In this document: in pieces, positions 12,201 to 27,200 of the stretch
Layout: every line of letters starts with the position of its first letter
How positions within the stretch are numbered: position 1 is the stretch's first letter
Source of the DNA: Eledone cirrhosa
Taxonomy: Eukaryota
Direction of reading: 5' to 3'
Length of the DNA: 64,000 nt
Assembly: GCA_964016885.1 (NCBI GenBank)
Contig: OZ024744.1
Span: 43,152,001 to 43,216,000, forward strand
The notes under the pieces: generated by a model
Seen by the model: the letters and a program-made list of their open reading frames with translations, nothing else
Databases searched by the model: none
Told to the model about the DNA's origin: nothing
Translations under genes and position numbers: made by a program

Positions 12201-15200
12201 TATACTGTAGTGTGGTGTGGTATATTGTAGTGTGGTGTGGTATATTGCAGTGTAGTTTGATATATTGTAGTGTGGTGTGGTATATTTTAGTGTGGTGTGG
12301 TATATTGTAGTGTGGAGTAGTATATTGTAGTGTGGTGTGGTATATTCGAGTGTGGAGGGATATAGTGTAGTGTGGTGTGGTATATTGTAGTGTGGTGTGC
12401 TATATTGTAGTGTGGTGTGGGATATTGTAGTGTGGAGTGGTATATTGTAGTGTGGTGTGGTATATTGTAGTGTGGTGTATATTGTAGTGTGATATATTGC
12501 AGTATGGATTAGCATATTGTAGTGTGGTGTGGTATATTGTAGTGTGATGTGGTATATTGTAGTGTAGTGCGGTGTGGTATATTGTAGTGTGGTGTGGTAT
12601 ATAGTAGCCTGTTTTGCCATATGTTAACGTAATGAATGTTGTAGCGTGGTGTGCTATAGTGTAGTGTGGTGCGGTATATTGTAGTGTGGTGTGGTATATT
12701 GCAGTGTAGTTTGATATATTGTAGTGTGGTGTGGTATATTTTAGTGTGGTGTGGTATATTGTAGTGTGGAGTAGTATATTGTAGTGTGGTGTGGTATATT
12801 CGAGTGTGGAGGGATATAGTGTAGTGTGGTGTGGTATATTGTAGTGTGGAGTGGTATAGTGTAGTGTGGTGTGGTATATTGTTGTGTGAAATGGTATATT
12901 GTAGTGTGGTGTGGTATATTGTAGTTTGGTGTGGGATATTGTAGTGTAGTGTGATATATTGTAGTGTGGTGTGCTATATTGTAGTGTGGTGTGGTATATT
13001 GTAGTTTAGTGTGATATATTGTAGTGTAGTGTGATATATTGTAGTGTGGTCTGGTATATTGTAGTGTGGTGTGGTATATTTTAGTGTGGTGTGGTATATT
13101 GTAGTGTAGTGTGATATATTGTAGTGTGGGGTGGTATATTATAGTGTGGTGTAGTATATTTTAGTGTAGTTTGATATATTGTAGTGTGGAGTGGTATATT
13201 GTAGTCTGGTGTGGTATATTATAGTGTGGTGTGGTATATTGCAGTGTAGTTTGATATATTGTCGTGTGGTGTGGTATATTGTAGTGTGGTATGTTGTAGT
13301 CTTGTGTGCTATAGTGTAGTGTGGTGTGGTATATTGTCATGTGGAGTGGTATATTGCAGTGTAGTTTGATATATTGTAGTGTGGTGTGGTATATTGTAGT
13401 GTGGTGTGGTATATTGCAGTGTGGTATATTGTAGTGTAGTGTGATATATTGTAGTGCGGAGTGGTATATTTTAGTGTGGTGTGGTATATTGTAGTGTGGA
13501 GTAGTATATTGTAGTGTGGTGTGATATATTCGAGTGTGGAGGGATTTAGTGTAGTATGGTGTGGTATAGTCGAGTGTGGAGGGATATAGTGTAGTATGGT
13601 GTGGTGTAGTGTAGTGTGGTGTGGTGTATGGTAGTGTGGAGTGATATAGTGTAGTGTGGTGTGGTATATTGTTGTGTGAAGTGGTATATTGTAGTGTGGT
13701 GTGGTATATTGTAGTTTAGTGTGATATATTGTAGTGTGGTGTGCTATATTTTAGTGTGGAGTGGGATATTGTAGTGTGGAGTAGTATATTGTAGTGTGGT
13801 GTGGTATATTCGAGTGTGGAGGGATATAGTGTAGTGTGGTGTGGTATATTGTAGTGTGGAGTGGTATAGTGTAGTGTGGTGTGGTATATTGTTGTGTGAA
13901 ATGGTATATTGTAGTGTGGTCTGGTATATTGTAGTTTAGTGTGATATATTGTAGTGTGGTGTGCTATATTTTAGTGTGGAGTGGGATATTGTAGTGTGGA
14001 GTGGTATATTGTAGTGTGGTGTGGTATATTGTAGTGTGGTGTGGTATATTGTAGTGTGATATATTGGAGTATGGATTAGCATATTGTAATGTGGTGTGGT
14101 ATATTGTAGAGTAGTGTGGTATATTGTAGTGTGGTGTGGTATATTGTAGTGTGGCTTGATATAGTGTTGTATGTTGTAGTGTGGTGTGGTATATTGAAGT
14201 GTGGTGTGATATATAGTAGTGTAGTGTGGTGTGGTATATTGTAGTATGATGTGATATATTGTAGTGTGGAGTGGTATGGTGCAGTGTTGTGTGATATATT
14301 GTAGTGTGGTATGATATATTGAAGTACAGTGCGATATATTGTAGTGTGGAGTGGTATATTGTCGGGTGGAATGGTATAGTGTAGTGTGGAGTGGTTTAGC
14401 GTGGTGTGGTATATTGTAGTCTGGTGTGGTATATTGTACTGTGGTATGGTATAGTGTAGTGTGGTGTGGTATATTGTAGTGTGATGTGGTATATTGCAGT
14501 GTAGTTTGATATATTGTCGTGTGGTGTGCTATAGTGTAGTGTGGTGTGGTATATTGTCGTGTGGAGTGCTATATTGCAGTATAGTTTGATATATTGTAGT
14601 GGGGTGTGGTGTATTGCAGTGTGGTGTGGTATATTGTAGTGTAGTGTGATATATTGTAGTGTGGTGTGGTATATTGTAGTGTGGAGTAGTATATTGTAGT
14701 GTGGTGTGGTATATTCGAGTGTAGTGGGATATAGTGTAGTATGGTGGGGTATAGTGTAGTGTGGTGTGGTATATTGTAGTGTGGAGTGGTATAGTGTATT
14801 GTTGTGTGAAGTGGTATATTGTAGTTTAGTGTGATATATTGTAGTGTGGTGTGCTATATTGTAGTGTGGTGTGGAATATTGTAGTGTCGAGTGGTATATT
14901 GTAGTGAGGTGTGGTATATTGTAGTGTGGTGTGGTATATTGTAGTGTGATATATTGCAGTATGGATTAGCATATTGTAGTGTGGTGTGGTATATCGTAGT
15001 GTGATGTGGTATATTGTAGTGTAGTGTTGTATATTGTTGTGCGGTGTGTTATATTGTAGTGTGGTGTGGTATATTGTAGTTGGTGTGGTATATAGTAGTG
15101 TGTTTTGCCATATGTTAATGTAATGAATGTTGTAGCGTGGTGTGCTATAGTGTAGTGTAGTGCGGTATATTGTAGTGTGGTGTGGTATATTGTAGTGTAG

Positions 15201-18200
15201 TGAGATATATTGTAGTGTAGCGTGATATATTATAGTGTGGTCTGGTATATTGTAGTGTGGTGTGGTATATTGTAGTGTGGTGTGGTACATTGTAGTTGGT
15301 GTGGTATATAGTAGTGTGTTTTGCCATATGTTAATGTAATGAATGTTGTAGCGTGGTGTGCTATAGTGTAGTGTAGTGCGGTATATTGTAGTGTGGTGTG
15401 GTATATTGTAGTGTAGTGAGATATATTGTAGTGTAGCGTGATATATTATAGTGTGGTCTGGTATATTGTAGTGTGGTGTGGTATATTGTAGTGTAGTGTG
15501 ATATATTGTAGTGTGGGGTGGTATATTATAGTGTGGTGTAGTATATTTTAGTGTAGTTTGATATATTGTAGTGTGGAGTGGTATGGTATAGTGTAGTGTG
15601 GTGTGGTATATTGTAGTGTGGTGTGGTATATTGCAGTGTAGTTTGATATATTCTCATGTGGTGTGGTATATTGTAGTGTGGTGTGCTATAGTGTAGTGTG
15701 GTGTGGTATATTGTCGTGTGGAGTGCTATATTGTAGTGTAGTGTGGTATATTGTAGTGTGGTGTGATGTATTGCAGTGTGGTGTGTATATTGCAGTGTGG
15801 TGTGGTATATTGTAGTGTAGTGTGATATATTGTAGTGTGGTGTGGTATATTTTAGTGTGGTGTGGTATATTGTAGTGTGGAGTAGTATATTGTAGTGTGG
15901 AGTGGTATAGTGTAGTGTGGTGTGGTATATTGTTGTGTGAAGTGGTATATTGTAGTGTGGTGTGGTATATTGTAGTTTAGTGTGATATATTGTAGTGTGG
16001 TGTGGTGTGGGATATTGTAGTGTGGAGTGGTATATTGTAGTGTGATATATTGCAGTATGGATTAGCATATTGTAGTGTGGTGTTGTATATTGTAGTGTGA
16101 TGTGGTATATTGTAGTGTAGTGTGGTATATTGTAGTGCGGTGTGGTATATTGTAGTGTGGTGTGGTATATAGTAGTCTGTTTGCCATATGTTAATGTAAT
16201 GAATGTTGTAGCGTGGTGTGTTATAGTGTAGTGTGGTGTGGTATTTTGTAGTGTGGTGTGGTATATTGTAGTGTGGTCTGGTAGATTGTAGTGTGGTGTG
16301 GTATATTTTAGTGTGGTGTGGTATATTGTAGTGTAGTGTGATATATTGTAGTGTGGGGTGGTATATTATAGTGTGGTGTAGTATATTTTAGTGTAGTTTG
16401 ATATATTGTAGTGTGGAGTGGTATATTGATGTCTGGTGTGGTATATTATAGTGTGGTATGGTATAGTGTAGTGTGGTGTAGTATATTGCAGTGTAGTTTG
16501 ATATATTGTCGTGTGGTGTGGTATATTGTAGTGTTGTGTGCTATAGTGTAGTGTGGTGTGGTATATTGTAGTGTGGAGTGGTATATTGCAGTGTAGTTTG
16601 ATATATTGTAGTGTGGTGTGGTATATTGTAGTGTGGTGTGGCGTATTGTAGTGTGGTGTGGTATATTGCAGTGTAGTGTGATATATTGTAGTGCGGAGTG
16701 GTATATTTTAGTGTGGTGTGGTATATTGAAGTGTGGAGTAGTATATTGTAGTGTGGTGTGGTATATTCGAGTGTGGAGGGATATAGTGTAGTATGGTGTG
16801 GTATAGTCGAGTGTGGAGGGATATAGTGTAGTATGGTGTGGTATATGGTAGTGTGGAGTGGTATAGTGTAGTGTGGTGTGGTATATTGTTGTGTGAAGTG
16901 GTATACTGTAGTGTGGTGTGGTATATTGTTGTGTGAAGTGGTATACTGTAGTGTGGTGTGGTATATTGTAGTTTAGTGTGATATATTGTAGTGTGGTGTG
17001 CTATATTTTAGTGTGGAGTGGTATATTGTAGTGTGGTGTGGTATATTGTAGTGTGGTGTGGTATATTGTAGTGTGATGTGGTATATTGCAGTGCGGTGTG
17101 GTATATTGTAGTGTGGCTTGATATAGTGTTGTATATTGTAGTGCGGTGTGGTATATTGAAGTGTGGTGTGATATATAGTAGTGTGGTGTGGGATACTGTT
17201 GTGTGGTGTGGTATATTGTAGTGCGCTGTGATATATTGTAGTGTGGTGGTATAGTGTAGTATGATGTGATATATTGTAGTGTGGAGTGGTATGGTGCAGT
17301 GTTGTGTGATATATTGTAGTGTGGTATGATATATTGAAGTACGGTGCGATATATTGTAGTGTGGAGTGGTATATTGTCGGGTGGAGTGGTATAGTGTAGT
17401 GTGAAGTGGTTTAGCGTGGTGTGGTATATTGTAGTATGATGTGATATATTGTAGTGTAGTGTGATATATTGTAGTGTGGTCTGGTATATTGTAGTGTGGT
17501 GTGGTATATTTTAGTGTGGGGAGGTATAGTGTAGAGTGGAGTGGTATATTATAGTTTGGTGTAGTATATTTTAGTGTAGTTTGATATATTGTAGTGTGGA
17601 GTGGTATATTGTAGTCTGGTGTGGTATATTGTAGTGTGGTATGGTATAGTGTAGTGTGGTGTGGTATATTGTAGTGTGATGTGGTATATTGCAGTGTAGT
17701 TTGATATATTGTCGTGTGGTGTGCTATAGTGTAGTGTGGTGTGGTATATTGTCGTGTGGAGTGCTATATTGCAGTGTAATTTGATATATTGTAGTGTGGT
17801 GTGGTGTGGTATATTGTAGTGTGGTGTGGTATATTCGAGTGTGCTGGGATATAGTGTAGTATGGTGGGGTATAGTGTAGTGTGGTGTGGTATATTGTAGT
17901 GTGGAGTGGTATAGTGTAGTGTGGTGTGGTATATTGTAGTGTGATATATTGCAGTATGGATTAGCATATTGTAGTATGGTGTGGTATATTGTAGTGTAGT
18001 CTTGTATAGCGTAGTGCAGTGTGGTATATTGTAGTGTGGTGTGGTATATTGTAGTGTGGTGTGGTATATTGTAGTGTGATGTATTGCAGTATGGATTAGC
18101 ATATTGTAGTGTGGTGTGGTATATCGTAGTGTGATGTGGTATATTGTAGTGTAGTGTTGTATATTGTTGTGCGGTGTGGTATATTGTAGTGTGGTGTGGT

Positions 18201-21200
18201 ATATTGTAGTTGGTGTGGTATATAGTAGTGTGTTTTGCCATATGTTAATATAATGAATGTTGTAGCGTGGTGTGCTATAGTGTAGTGTAGTGCGGTATAT
18301 TGTAGTGTAGTGAGATATATTGTAGTGTAGTGTGATATATTATAGTGTGGTCTGGTATATTGTAGTGTGGTGTGGTATATTGTAGTGTAGTGTGATATAT
18401 TGTAGTGTAGAGTGGTATATTATAGTGTGGTGTAGTATATTTTAGTGTAGTTTGATATATTGTAGTGTGGAGTGGTATATTGTAGTGTGGTGTGGTATGG
18501 TATAGTGTAGTGTGGTGTGGTATATTGTAGTGTGGTGTGGTATATTGCAGTGTAGTTTGATATATTCTCATGTGGTGTGGTATATTGTAGTGTGGTGTGC
18601 TATAGTGTAGTGTGGTGTGGTATATTGTCGTGTGGAGTGCTATATTGCAGTGTAGTTTGATATATTGTAGTGTAGTGTGGTATATTGTAGTGTGGTGTGG
18701 TGTATTGCAGTGTGGTGTGGTATATTGTAGTGTGGAGTAGTATATTGTAGTGTGGTGTGGTATATTCGAGTGTGGAGGGATATAGTGTAGTATGGTGTGG
18801 TATAGTGTAGTGTGGTGTGGTATGGTGTAGTGTGGTGTGGTATATTGTAGTGTGGAGTGGTATAGTGTAGTGTGGTGTGGTATATTGTTGTGTGAAGTGG
18901 TATATTGTAGTGTGGTGTGGTATATTGTAGTTTAGTGTGATATATTGTAGTGTGGTGTGCTATATTGTAGTGTGGTGTGGGATATTGTAGTGTGGAGTGG
19001 TATATTGTAGTGTGGTGTGGTATATTGTAGTGTGATATATTGCAGTATGGATTAGCATATTGTAGTGTGGTGTTGTATATTGTAGTGTGATGTGGTATAT
19101 TGTAGTGTAGTGTGGTATATTGTAGTGCGGTGTGGTATATTGTAGTGTGGTGTGGTATATAGTAGTCTGTTTGCCATATGTTAATGTAATGAATGTTGTA
19201 GCGTGGTGTGTTATAGTGTAGTGTGGTGTGGTATTTTGTAGTGTGGTGTGGTATATTGTAGTGTGGTGTGGTATATTTTAGTGTGGTGTGGTATATTGTA
19301 GTGTAGTGTGATATATTGTAGTGTGGGGTGGTATATTATAGTGTGGTGTAGTATATTTTAGTGTAGTTTGATATATTGTAGTGTGGAGTGGTATATTATA
19401 GTGCGGTATGGTATAGTGTAGTGTGGTGTGGTATATTGCAGTGTAGTTTGATATATTGTCGTGTGGTGTGGTATATTGTAGTGTTGTGTGCTATAGTGTA
19501 GTGTGGTGTGGTATATTGTAGTGTGGAGTGGTATATTGTAGTGTGGTGTGGTATATTGTAGTGTGGTGTGGTGTGGTATATTGCAGTGTGGTGTGGTATA
19601 TTGTAGTGTAGTGTGATATATTGTAGTGCGGAGTGGTATATTTTAGTGTGGTGTGGTATATTGAAGTGTGGAGTAGTATATTGTAGTGTGGTGTGGTATA
19701 TTCGAGTGTGGAGGGATATAGTGTAGTATGGTGTGGTATAGTCGAGTGTGGAGGGATATAGTGTAGTGTGGTGTGGTATATTGTTGTGTGAAGTGGTATA
19801 CTGTAGTGTGGTGTGGTATATTGTAGTTTAGTGTGATATATTGTAGTGTGGTGTGCTATATTTTAGTGTGGAGTGGTATATTGCAGTGTGGTGTGGTATA
19901 TTGTAGTGTGATGTGGTATATTGTAGGGCGGTGTGGTATATTGTAGTGTGGCTTGATATAGTGTTGTATATTGTAGTGTGGTGTGGTATATTGAAGTGTG
20001 GTGTGATATATAGTAGTGTGGTGTGGGATACTGTTGTGTGGTGTGGTATATTGTAGTGCGGTGTGATATATTGTAGTGTGGTGGTATAGTGTAGTATGAT
20101 GTGATATATTGTAGTGTGGAGTGGTATGGTGCAGTGTTGTGTGATATATTGTAGTGTGGTATGATATATTGAAGTACAGTGCGATATATTGTAGTGTGGA
20201 GTGGTATATTGTCGGGTGGAGTGGTATAGTGTAGTGTGAAGTGGTTTAGCGTGGTGTGGTATATTGTAGTATGATGTGATATATTGTAGTGTAGTGTGAT
20301 ATATTGTAGTGTGGTCTGGTATATTGTAGTGTGGTGTGGTATATTTTAGTGTGGTGTGGTATACTATAGTGTAGTGTGATATATTGTAGTGTGGGGAGGT
20401 ATAGTGTAGAGTGGAGTGGTATATTATAGTGTGGTGTAGTATATTTTAGTGTAGTTTGATATATTGTAGTGTGGAGTGGTATATTGTAGTCTGGTGTGGT
20501 ATATTGTAGTGTGGTATGGTATAGTGTAGTGTGGTGTGGTATATTGTAGTGTGATGTGGTATATTGCAGTGTAGTTTGATATATTGTCGTGTGGTGTGCT
20601 ATAGTGTAGTGTGGTGTGGTATATTGTCGTGTGGAGTGCTATATTGCAGTGTAATTTGATATATTGTAGTGTGGTGTGGTGTGGTATATTTTAGTGTGGA
20701 GTAGTATATTGTAGTGTGGTGTGGTATATTCGAGTGTGCTGGGATATAGTGAAGTATGGTGGGGTATAGTGTAGTATGGTGGGGTATAGTGTAGTGTGGT
20801 GTGGTATATTGTAGTGTGGAGTGGTATAGTGTAGTGTGGTGTGGTATATTGTAGTGTGATATATTGCAGTATGGATTAGCATATTGTAGTATGGTGTGGT
20901 ATATTGTAGTGTGATGTGGTATATTGTAGTGTAGTCTTGTATAGCGTAGTGCGGTGTTGTATATTGTAGTGTGGTGTGGTATATAGTAGTGTGTTTTGCC
21001 ATATGTTAATGTAATGAATGTTGTAGTGTGGTGTGCTATAGTGTGTGGTGCGGTATATTGTAGTGTGGTGTGGTATATTGTAGTGTAGTGTGATATATTG
21101 TAGTGTAGTGTGATATATTGTAGTGTGGTCTGGTATATTGTAGTGTGGTGTGGTATATTTTAGTGTGGTGTGGTATATTGTAGTGTAGTGTGATATATTG

Positions 21201-24200
21201 TAGTGTGGGGTGGTATATTATAGTGTGGTGTAATATATTTTAGTGTAGTTTGATATATTGTAGTGTGGAGTGGTATATTGTAGTCTGGTGTGGTATAGTG
21301 TAGTGTGGTGTGGTATATTGTAGTGTGGTGTGGTATATTGCAGTGTAGTTTGATATATTGTCGTGTGGTGTGGTATATTGTAGTGTGGTGTACTATAGTG
21401 TAGTGTGGTGTGGTATATTGTCGTGTGGTGTGGTATATTGTAGTGTGGTGTGGTATATTGTAGTGTGGTGTGGTATATTGCAGTGTGGTGTGGTATATTG
21501 TAGTGTAGTGTGACATATTGTAGTGTGGTGTGGTATATTGTTGTGTGGAGTAGTATATTGTAGTGTGGTGTGGTATATTCGAGTGTGGAGGGATATAGTG
21601 TAGTATGGTGTGGTATAGTGTAATGTGGTGTGGGATAGTGTAGTATGGTGTGGTATATTGTAGTGTGGTGTGGTATATTGTAGTGTGGAGTGGTATAGTG
21701 TAGTGTGGTGTGGTATATTGTTGTGTGATGTGGTATATTGTAGTGTGGTGTGGTATATTGTAGTGTGATATATTGCAGTATGGATTTGCATATTGTAGTG
21801 TGGTTTGGTATATTGTAGTGTAATGTGGTATATTGTAGTGTAGTGTGGTATATTGTAGTGCGGCGTGGTATATTGTAGTGTGGCGTGATATAGTGTTGTA
21901 TATTGTAGTGTGCTGTGATATAGTGTAGTGTAATGTGATATATTGTAGTATGATGTCATATATTGTAGTATGGTATGATATATTATAGTGTGGTGTGGTA
22001 TAATGTAGTGTGGTGTGCTATATTGTAGTGTGATGTGGTATATTGTAGCATGGAGTGGTATAGTGTAGAGTAGTGTCGATATAGTGTAGTGTAATGTGAT
22101 ATATTGTAGCATGATGTCATATATTGTATTATGGTGTGGTATATTGTAGTGTGGAGTGGTATATCGTAGTGTGGTGTGGTATATTGTAGTGGGGAGTGGT
22201 ATATTGTAGTGTGGCATGATATAGTGTTGTATATTGTAGTGTGGTGTGGTATATTGAAGTGTGGTGTGATATATAGTAGTGTGGTGTGGGATACTGTAGT
22301 GTGGTGTGGTATATTGTAGTGTGGTGTGGTATATTGTAGTGCGGTGTGATATATTGTAGTGTGGTGGTATAGTGTAGTATGATGTGATATATCGTAGTGT
22401 GGAGTGGTATGGTGCAGTGTTGTGTGATATATTGTAGTGTGGTATGATATATTGAAGTACAGTGCGATATATTGTAGTGTGGAGTGGTATATTGTCGGGT
22501 GGAGTGGTATAGTGTAGTGTGGAGTGGTTTAGCGTGGTGTGGTATATTGTAATATGATGTGATATATTGTAGTGTGGTGTGGTATATTGTTGTGTGATGT
22601 GATATATTGTAATGTGGAGTGATACAGTGTAGAGTAGTGTCGATATATTGTAGTGTGGTGTGGTATATTGTAACATGGAGTGATATAGTGTAGAGTAGTG
22701 TCGATATATTGTAGTGTGCTGTGATATAGTGTAGTGTAATGTGATATATTGTAGTATGATGTCATATATTGTAGTATGGTATGATATATTGTACTGTGGT
22801 GTGGTATAGTGTAGTGTGGTGTGCTATATTGTAGTGTGATGTGGTATAGTGTAGAGTAGTGTCGATATAGTGTAGTGTAATGTGATATGTTGTAGCATGA
22901 TGTCATATATTGTATTATGGTGTGGTATATGGTAGTGTGGAGTGGTATATCGTAGTGTGGTGTGGTATATTGTAGTGCGGCTTGATATAGTGTTGTATAT
23001 TGTAGTGTGGTGTGGTATATTGAAGTGTGGTGTGATATATAGTAGTGTAGTGTGGTGTGATATATTGTAGTGTGGTGTGGTATATTGTAGTATGATGTGA
23101 TATATTGTAGTGTGGAGTGGTATGGTGCAGTGTTGTGTGATATATTGTAGTGTGGTATGATATATTGAAGTACAGTGCGATATATTGTAGTGTGGAGTGG
23201 TATATTGTCGGGTGGAATGGTATAGTGTAGTGTGGAGTGGTTTAGCGTGGTGTGGTATATTGTAGTGTGGTGTGGTATATTGTAGTGTGATGTGGTATAT
23301 TGCAGTGTAGTTTGATATATTGTCGTGTGGTGTGCTATAGTGTAGTGTGGTGTGGTATATTGTCGTGTGGAGTGCTATATTGCAGTATAGTTTGATATAT
23401 TGTAGTGGGGTGTGGTGTATTGTAGTGTGGTGTGTATATTGCAGTGTGGTGTGGTATATTGTAGTGTAGTGTGATATATTGTAGTGTGGTGTGGTATATT
23501 GTAGTGTGGAGTAGTATATTGTAGTGTGGTGTGGTATATTCGAGTGTAGTGGGATATAGTGTAGTGTGGTGTGGTATATTGTAGTGTGGAGTGGTATAGT
23601 GTATTGTTGTGTGAAGTGGTATATTGTAGTTTAGTGTGATATATTGTAGTGTGGTGTGCTATATTGTAGTGTGGTGTGGAATATTGTAGTGTCGAGTGGT
23701 ATATTGTAGTGAGGTGTGGTATATTGTAGTGTGGTGTGGTATATTGTAGTGTGATGTATTGCAGTATGGATTAGCATATTGTAGTGTGGTGTGGTATATC
23801 GTAGTGTGATGTGGTATATTGTAGTGTAGTGTTGTATATTGTTGTGCGGTGTGGTATATTGTAGTGTGGTGTGGTATATTGTAGTTGGTGTGGTATATAG
23901 TAGTGTGTTTTGCCATATGTTAATATAATGAATGTTGTAGCGTGGTGTGCTATAGTGTAGTGTAGTGCGGTATATTGTAGTGTGGTATATTGTAGTGTAG
24001 TGAGATATATTGTAGTGTAGTGTGATATATTATAGTGTGGTCTGGTATATTGTAGTGTTGTGTGGTATATTGTAGTGTAGTGTGATATATTGTAGTGTGG
24101 GGTGGTATAGTGTAGAGTGGTATATTATAGTGTGGTGTAGTATATTTTAGTGTAGTTTGATATATTGTAGTGTGGAGTGGTATATTGTAGTGTGGTGTGG

Positions 24201-27200
24201 TATGGTATAGTGTAGTGTGGTGTGGTATATTGTAGTGTGGTGTGGTATATTGCAGTGTAGTTTGATATATTCTCATGTGGTGTGGTATATTGTAGTGTGG
24301 TGTGCTATAGTGTAGTGTGGTGTGGTATATTGTCGTGTGGAGTGCTATATTGCAGTGTAGTTTGATATATTGTAGTGTAGTGTGGTATATTGTAGTGTGG
24401 TGTGGTGTATTGCAGTGTGGTGTGGTATATTGTAGTGTGGAGTAGTATATTGTAGTGTGGTGTGGTATATTCGAGTGTGGAGGGATATAGTGTAGTATGG
24501 TGTGGTATAGTGTAGTGTGGTGTGGTATGGTGTAGTGTGGTGTGGTATATTGTAGTGTGGAGTGGTATAGTGTAGTGTGGTGTGGTATATTGTTGTGTGA
24601 AGTGGTATATTGTAGTGTGGTGTGGTATATTGTAGTTTAGTGTGATATATTGTAGTGTGGTGTGCTATATTGTAGTGTGGTGTGGGATATTGTAGTGTGG
24701 AGTGGTATATTGTAGTGTGGTGTGGTATATTGTAGTGTGATATATTGCAGTATGGATTAGCATATTGTAGTGTGGTGTTGTATATTGTAGTGTGATGTGG
24801 TATATTGTAGTGTAGTGTGGTATATTGTAGTGCGGTGTGGTATATTGTAGTGTGGTGTGGTATATAGTAGTCTGTTTGCCATATGTTAATGTAATGAATG
24901 TTGTAGCGTGGTGTGTTATAGTGTAGTGTGGTGTGGTATTTTGTAGTGTGGTGTGGTATATTGTAGTGTGGTGTGGTATATTGTAGTGTAGTGTGATATA
25001 TTGTAGTGTGGGGTGGTATATTATAGTGTGGTGTAGTATATTTTAGTGTAGTTTGATATATTGTAGTGTGGAGTGGTATATTATAGTGCGGTATGGTATA
25101 GTGTAGTGTGGTGTGGTATATTGCAGTGTAGTTTGATATATTGTCGTGTGGTGTGGTATATTGTAGTGTTGTGTGCTATAGTGTAGTGTGGTGTGGTATA
25201 TTGTAGTGTGGAGTGGTATATTGTAGTGTGGTGTGGTATATTGTAGTGTGGTGTGGTGTGGTATATTGCAGTGTGGTGTGGTATATTGTAGTGTAGTGTG
25301 ATATATTGTAGTGCGGAGTGGTATATTTTAGTGTGGTGTGGTATATTGAAGTGTGGAGTAGTATATTGTAGTGTGGTGTGGTATATTCGAGTGTGGAGGG
25401 ATATAGTGTAGTATGGTGTGGTATAGTCGAGTGTGGAGGGATATAGTGTAGTATGGTGTGGTATATGGTAGTGTGGAGTGGTATAGTGTAGTGTGGTGTG
25501 GTATATTGTTGTGTGAAGTGGTATACTGTAGTGTGGTGTGGTATATTGTAGTTTAGTGTGATATATTGTAGTGTGGTGTGCTATATTTTAGTGTGGAGTG
25601 GTATATTGTAGTGTGGTGTGGTATATTGTAGTGTGATGTGGTATATTGTAGGGCGGTGTGGTATATTGTAGTGTGGCTTGATATAGTGTTGTATATTGTA
25701 GTGCGGTGTGGTATATTGAAGTGTGGTGTGATATATAGTAGTGTGGTGTGGGATACTGTTGTGTGGTGTGGTATATTGTAGTGCGGTGTGATATATTGTA
25801 GTGTGGTGGTATAGTGTAGTATGATGTGATATATTGTAGTGTGGAGTGGTATGGTGCAGTGTTGTGTGATATATTGTAGTGTGGTATGATATATTGAAGT
25901 ACAGTGCGATATATTGTAGTGTGGAGTGGTATATTGTCGGGTGGAGTGGTATAGTGTAGTGTGAAGTGGTTTAGCGTGGTGTGGTATATTGTAGTATGAT
26001 GTGATATATTGTAGTGTAGTGTGATATATTGTAGTGTGGTCTGGTATATTGTAGTGTGGTGTGGTATATTTTAGTGTGGTGTGGTATACTATAGTGTAGT
26101 GTGATATATTGTAGTGTGGGGAGGTATAGTGTAGAGTGGAGTGGTATATTATAGTGTGGTGTAGTATATTTTAGTGTAGTTTGATATATTGTAGTGTGGA
26201 GTGGTATATTGTAGTCTGGTGTGGTATATTGTAGTGTGGTATGGTATAGTGTAGTGTGGTGTGGTATATTGTAGTGTGATGTGGTATATTGCAGTGTAGT
26301 TTGATATATTGTCGTGTGGTGTGCTATAGTGTAGTGTGGTGTGGTATATTGTCGTGTGGAGTGCTATATTGCAGTGTAATTTGATATATTGTAGTGTGGT
26401 GTGGTGTGGTATATTTTAGTGTGGAGTAGTATATTGTAGTGTGGTGTGGTATATTCGAGTGTGCTGGGATATAGTGAAGTATGGTGGGGTATAGTGTAGT
26501 ATGGTGGGGTATAGTGTAGTGTGGTGTGGTATATTGTAGTGTGGAGTGGTATAGTGTAGTGTGGTGTGGTATATTGTAGTGTGATATATTGCAGTATGGA
26601 TTAGCATATTGTAGTATGGTGTGGTATATTGTAGTGTGATGTGGTATATTGTAGTGTAGTCTTGTATAGCGTAGTGCGGTGTGGTATATTGTAGTGTGGT
26701 GTTGTATATTGTAGTGTGGTGTGGTATATAGTAGTGTGTTTTGCCATATGTTAATGTAATGAATGTTGTAGTGTGGTGTGCTATAGTGTGTGGTGCGGTA
26801 TATTGTAGTGTGGTGTGGTATATTGTAGTGTAGTGTGATATATTGTAGTGTAGTGTGATATATTGTAGTGTGGTCTGGTATATTGTAGTGTGGTGTGGTA
26901 TATTTTAGTGTGGTGTGGTATATTGTAGTGTAGTGTGATATATTGTAGTGTGGGGTGGTATATTATAGTGTGGTGTAATATATTTTAGTGTAGTTTGATA
27001 TATTGTAGTGTGGAGTGGTATATTGTAGTCTGGTGTGGTATAGTGTAGTGTGGTGTGGTATATTGTAGTGTGGTGTGGTATATTGCAGTGTAGTTTGATA
27101 TATTGTCGTGTGGTGTGGTATATTGTAGTGTGGTGTACTATAGTGTAGTGTGGTGTGGTATATTGTCGTGTGGTGTGGTATATTGTAGTGTGGTGTGGTA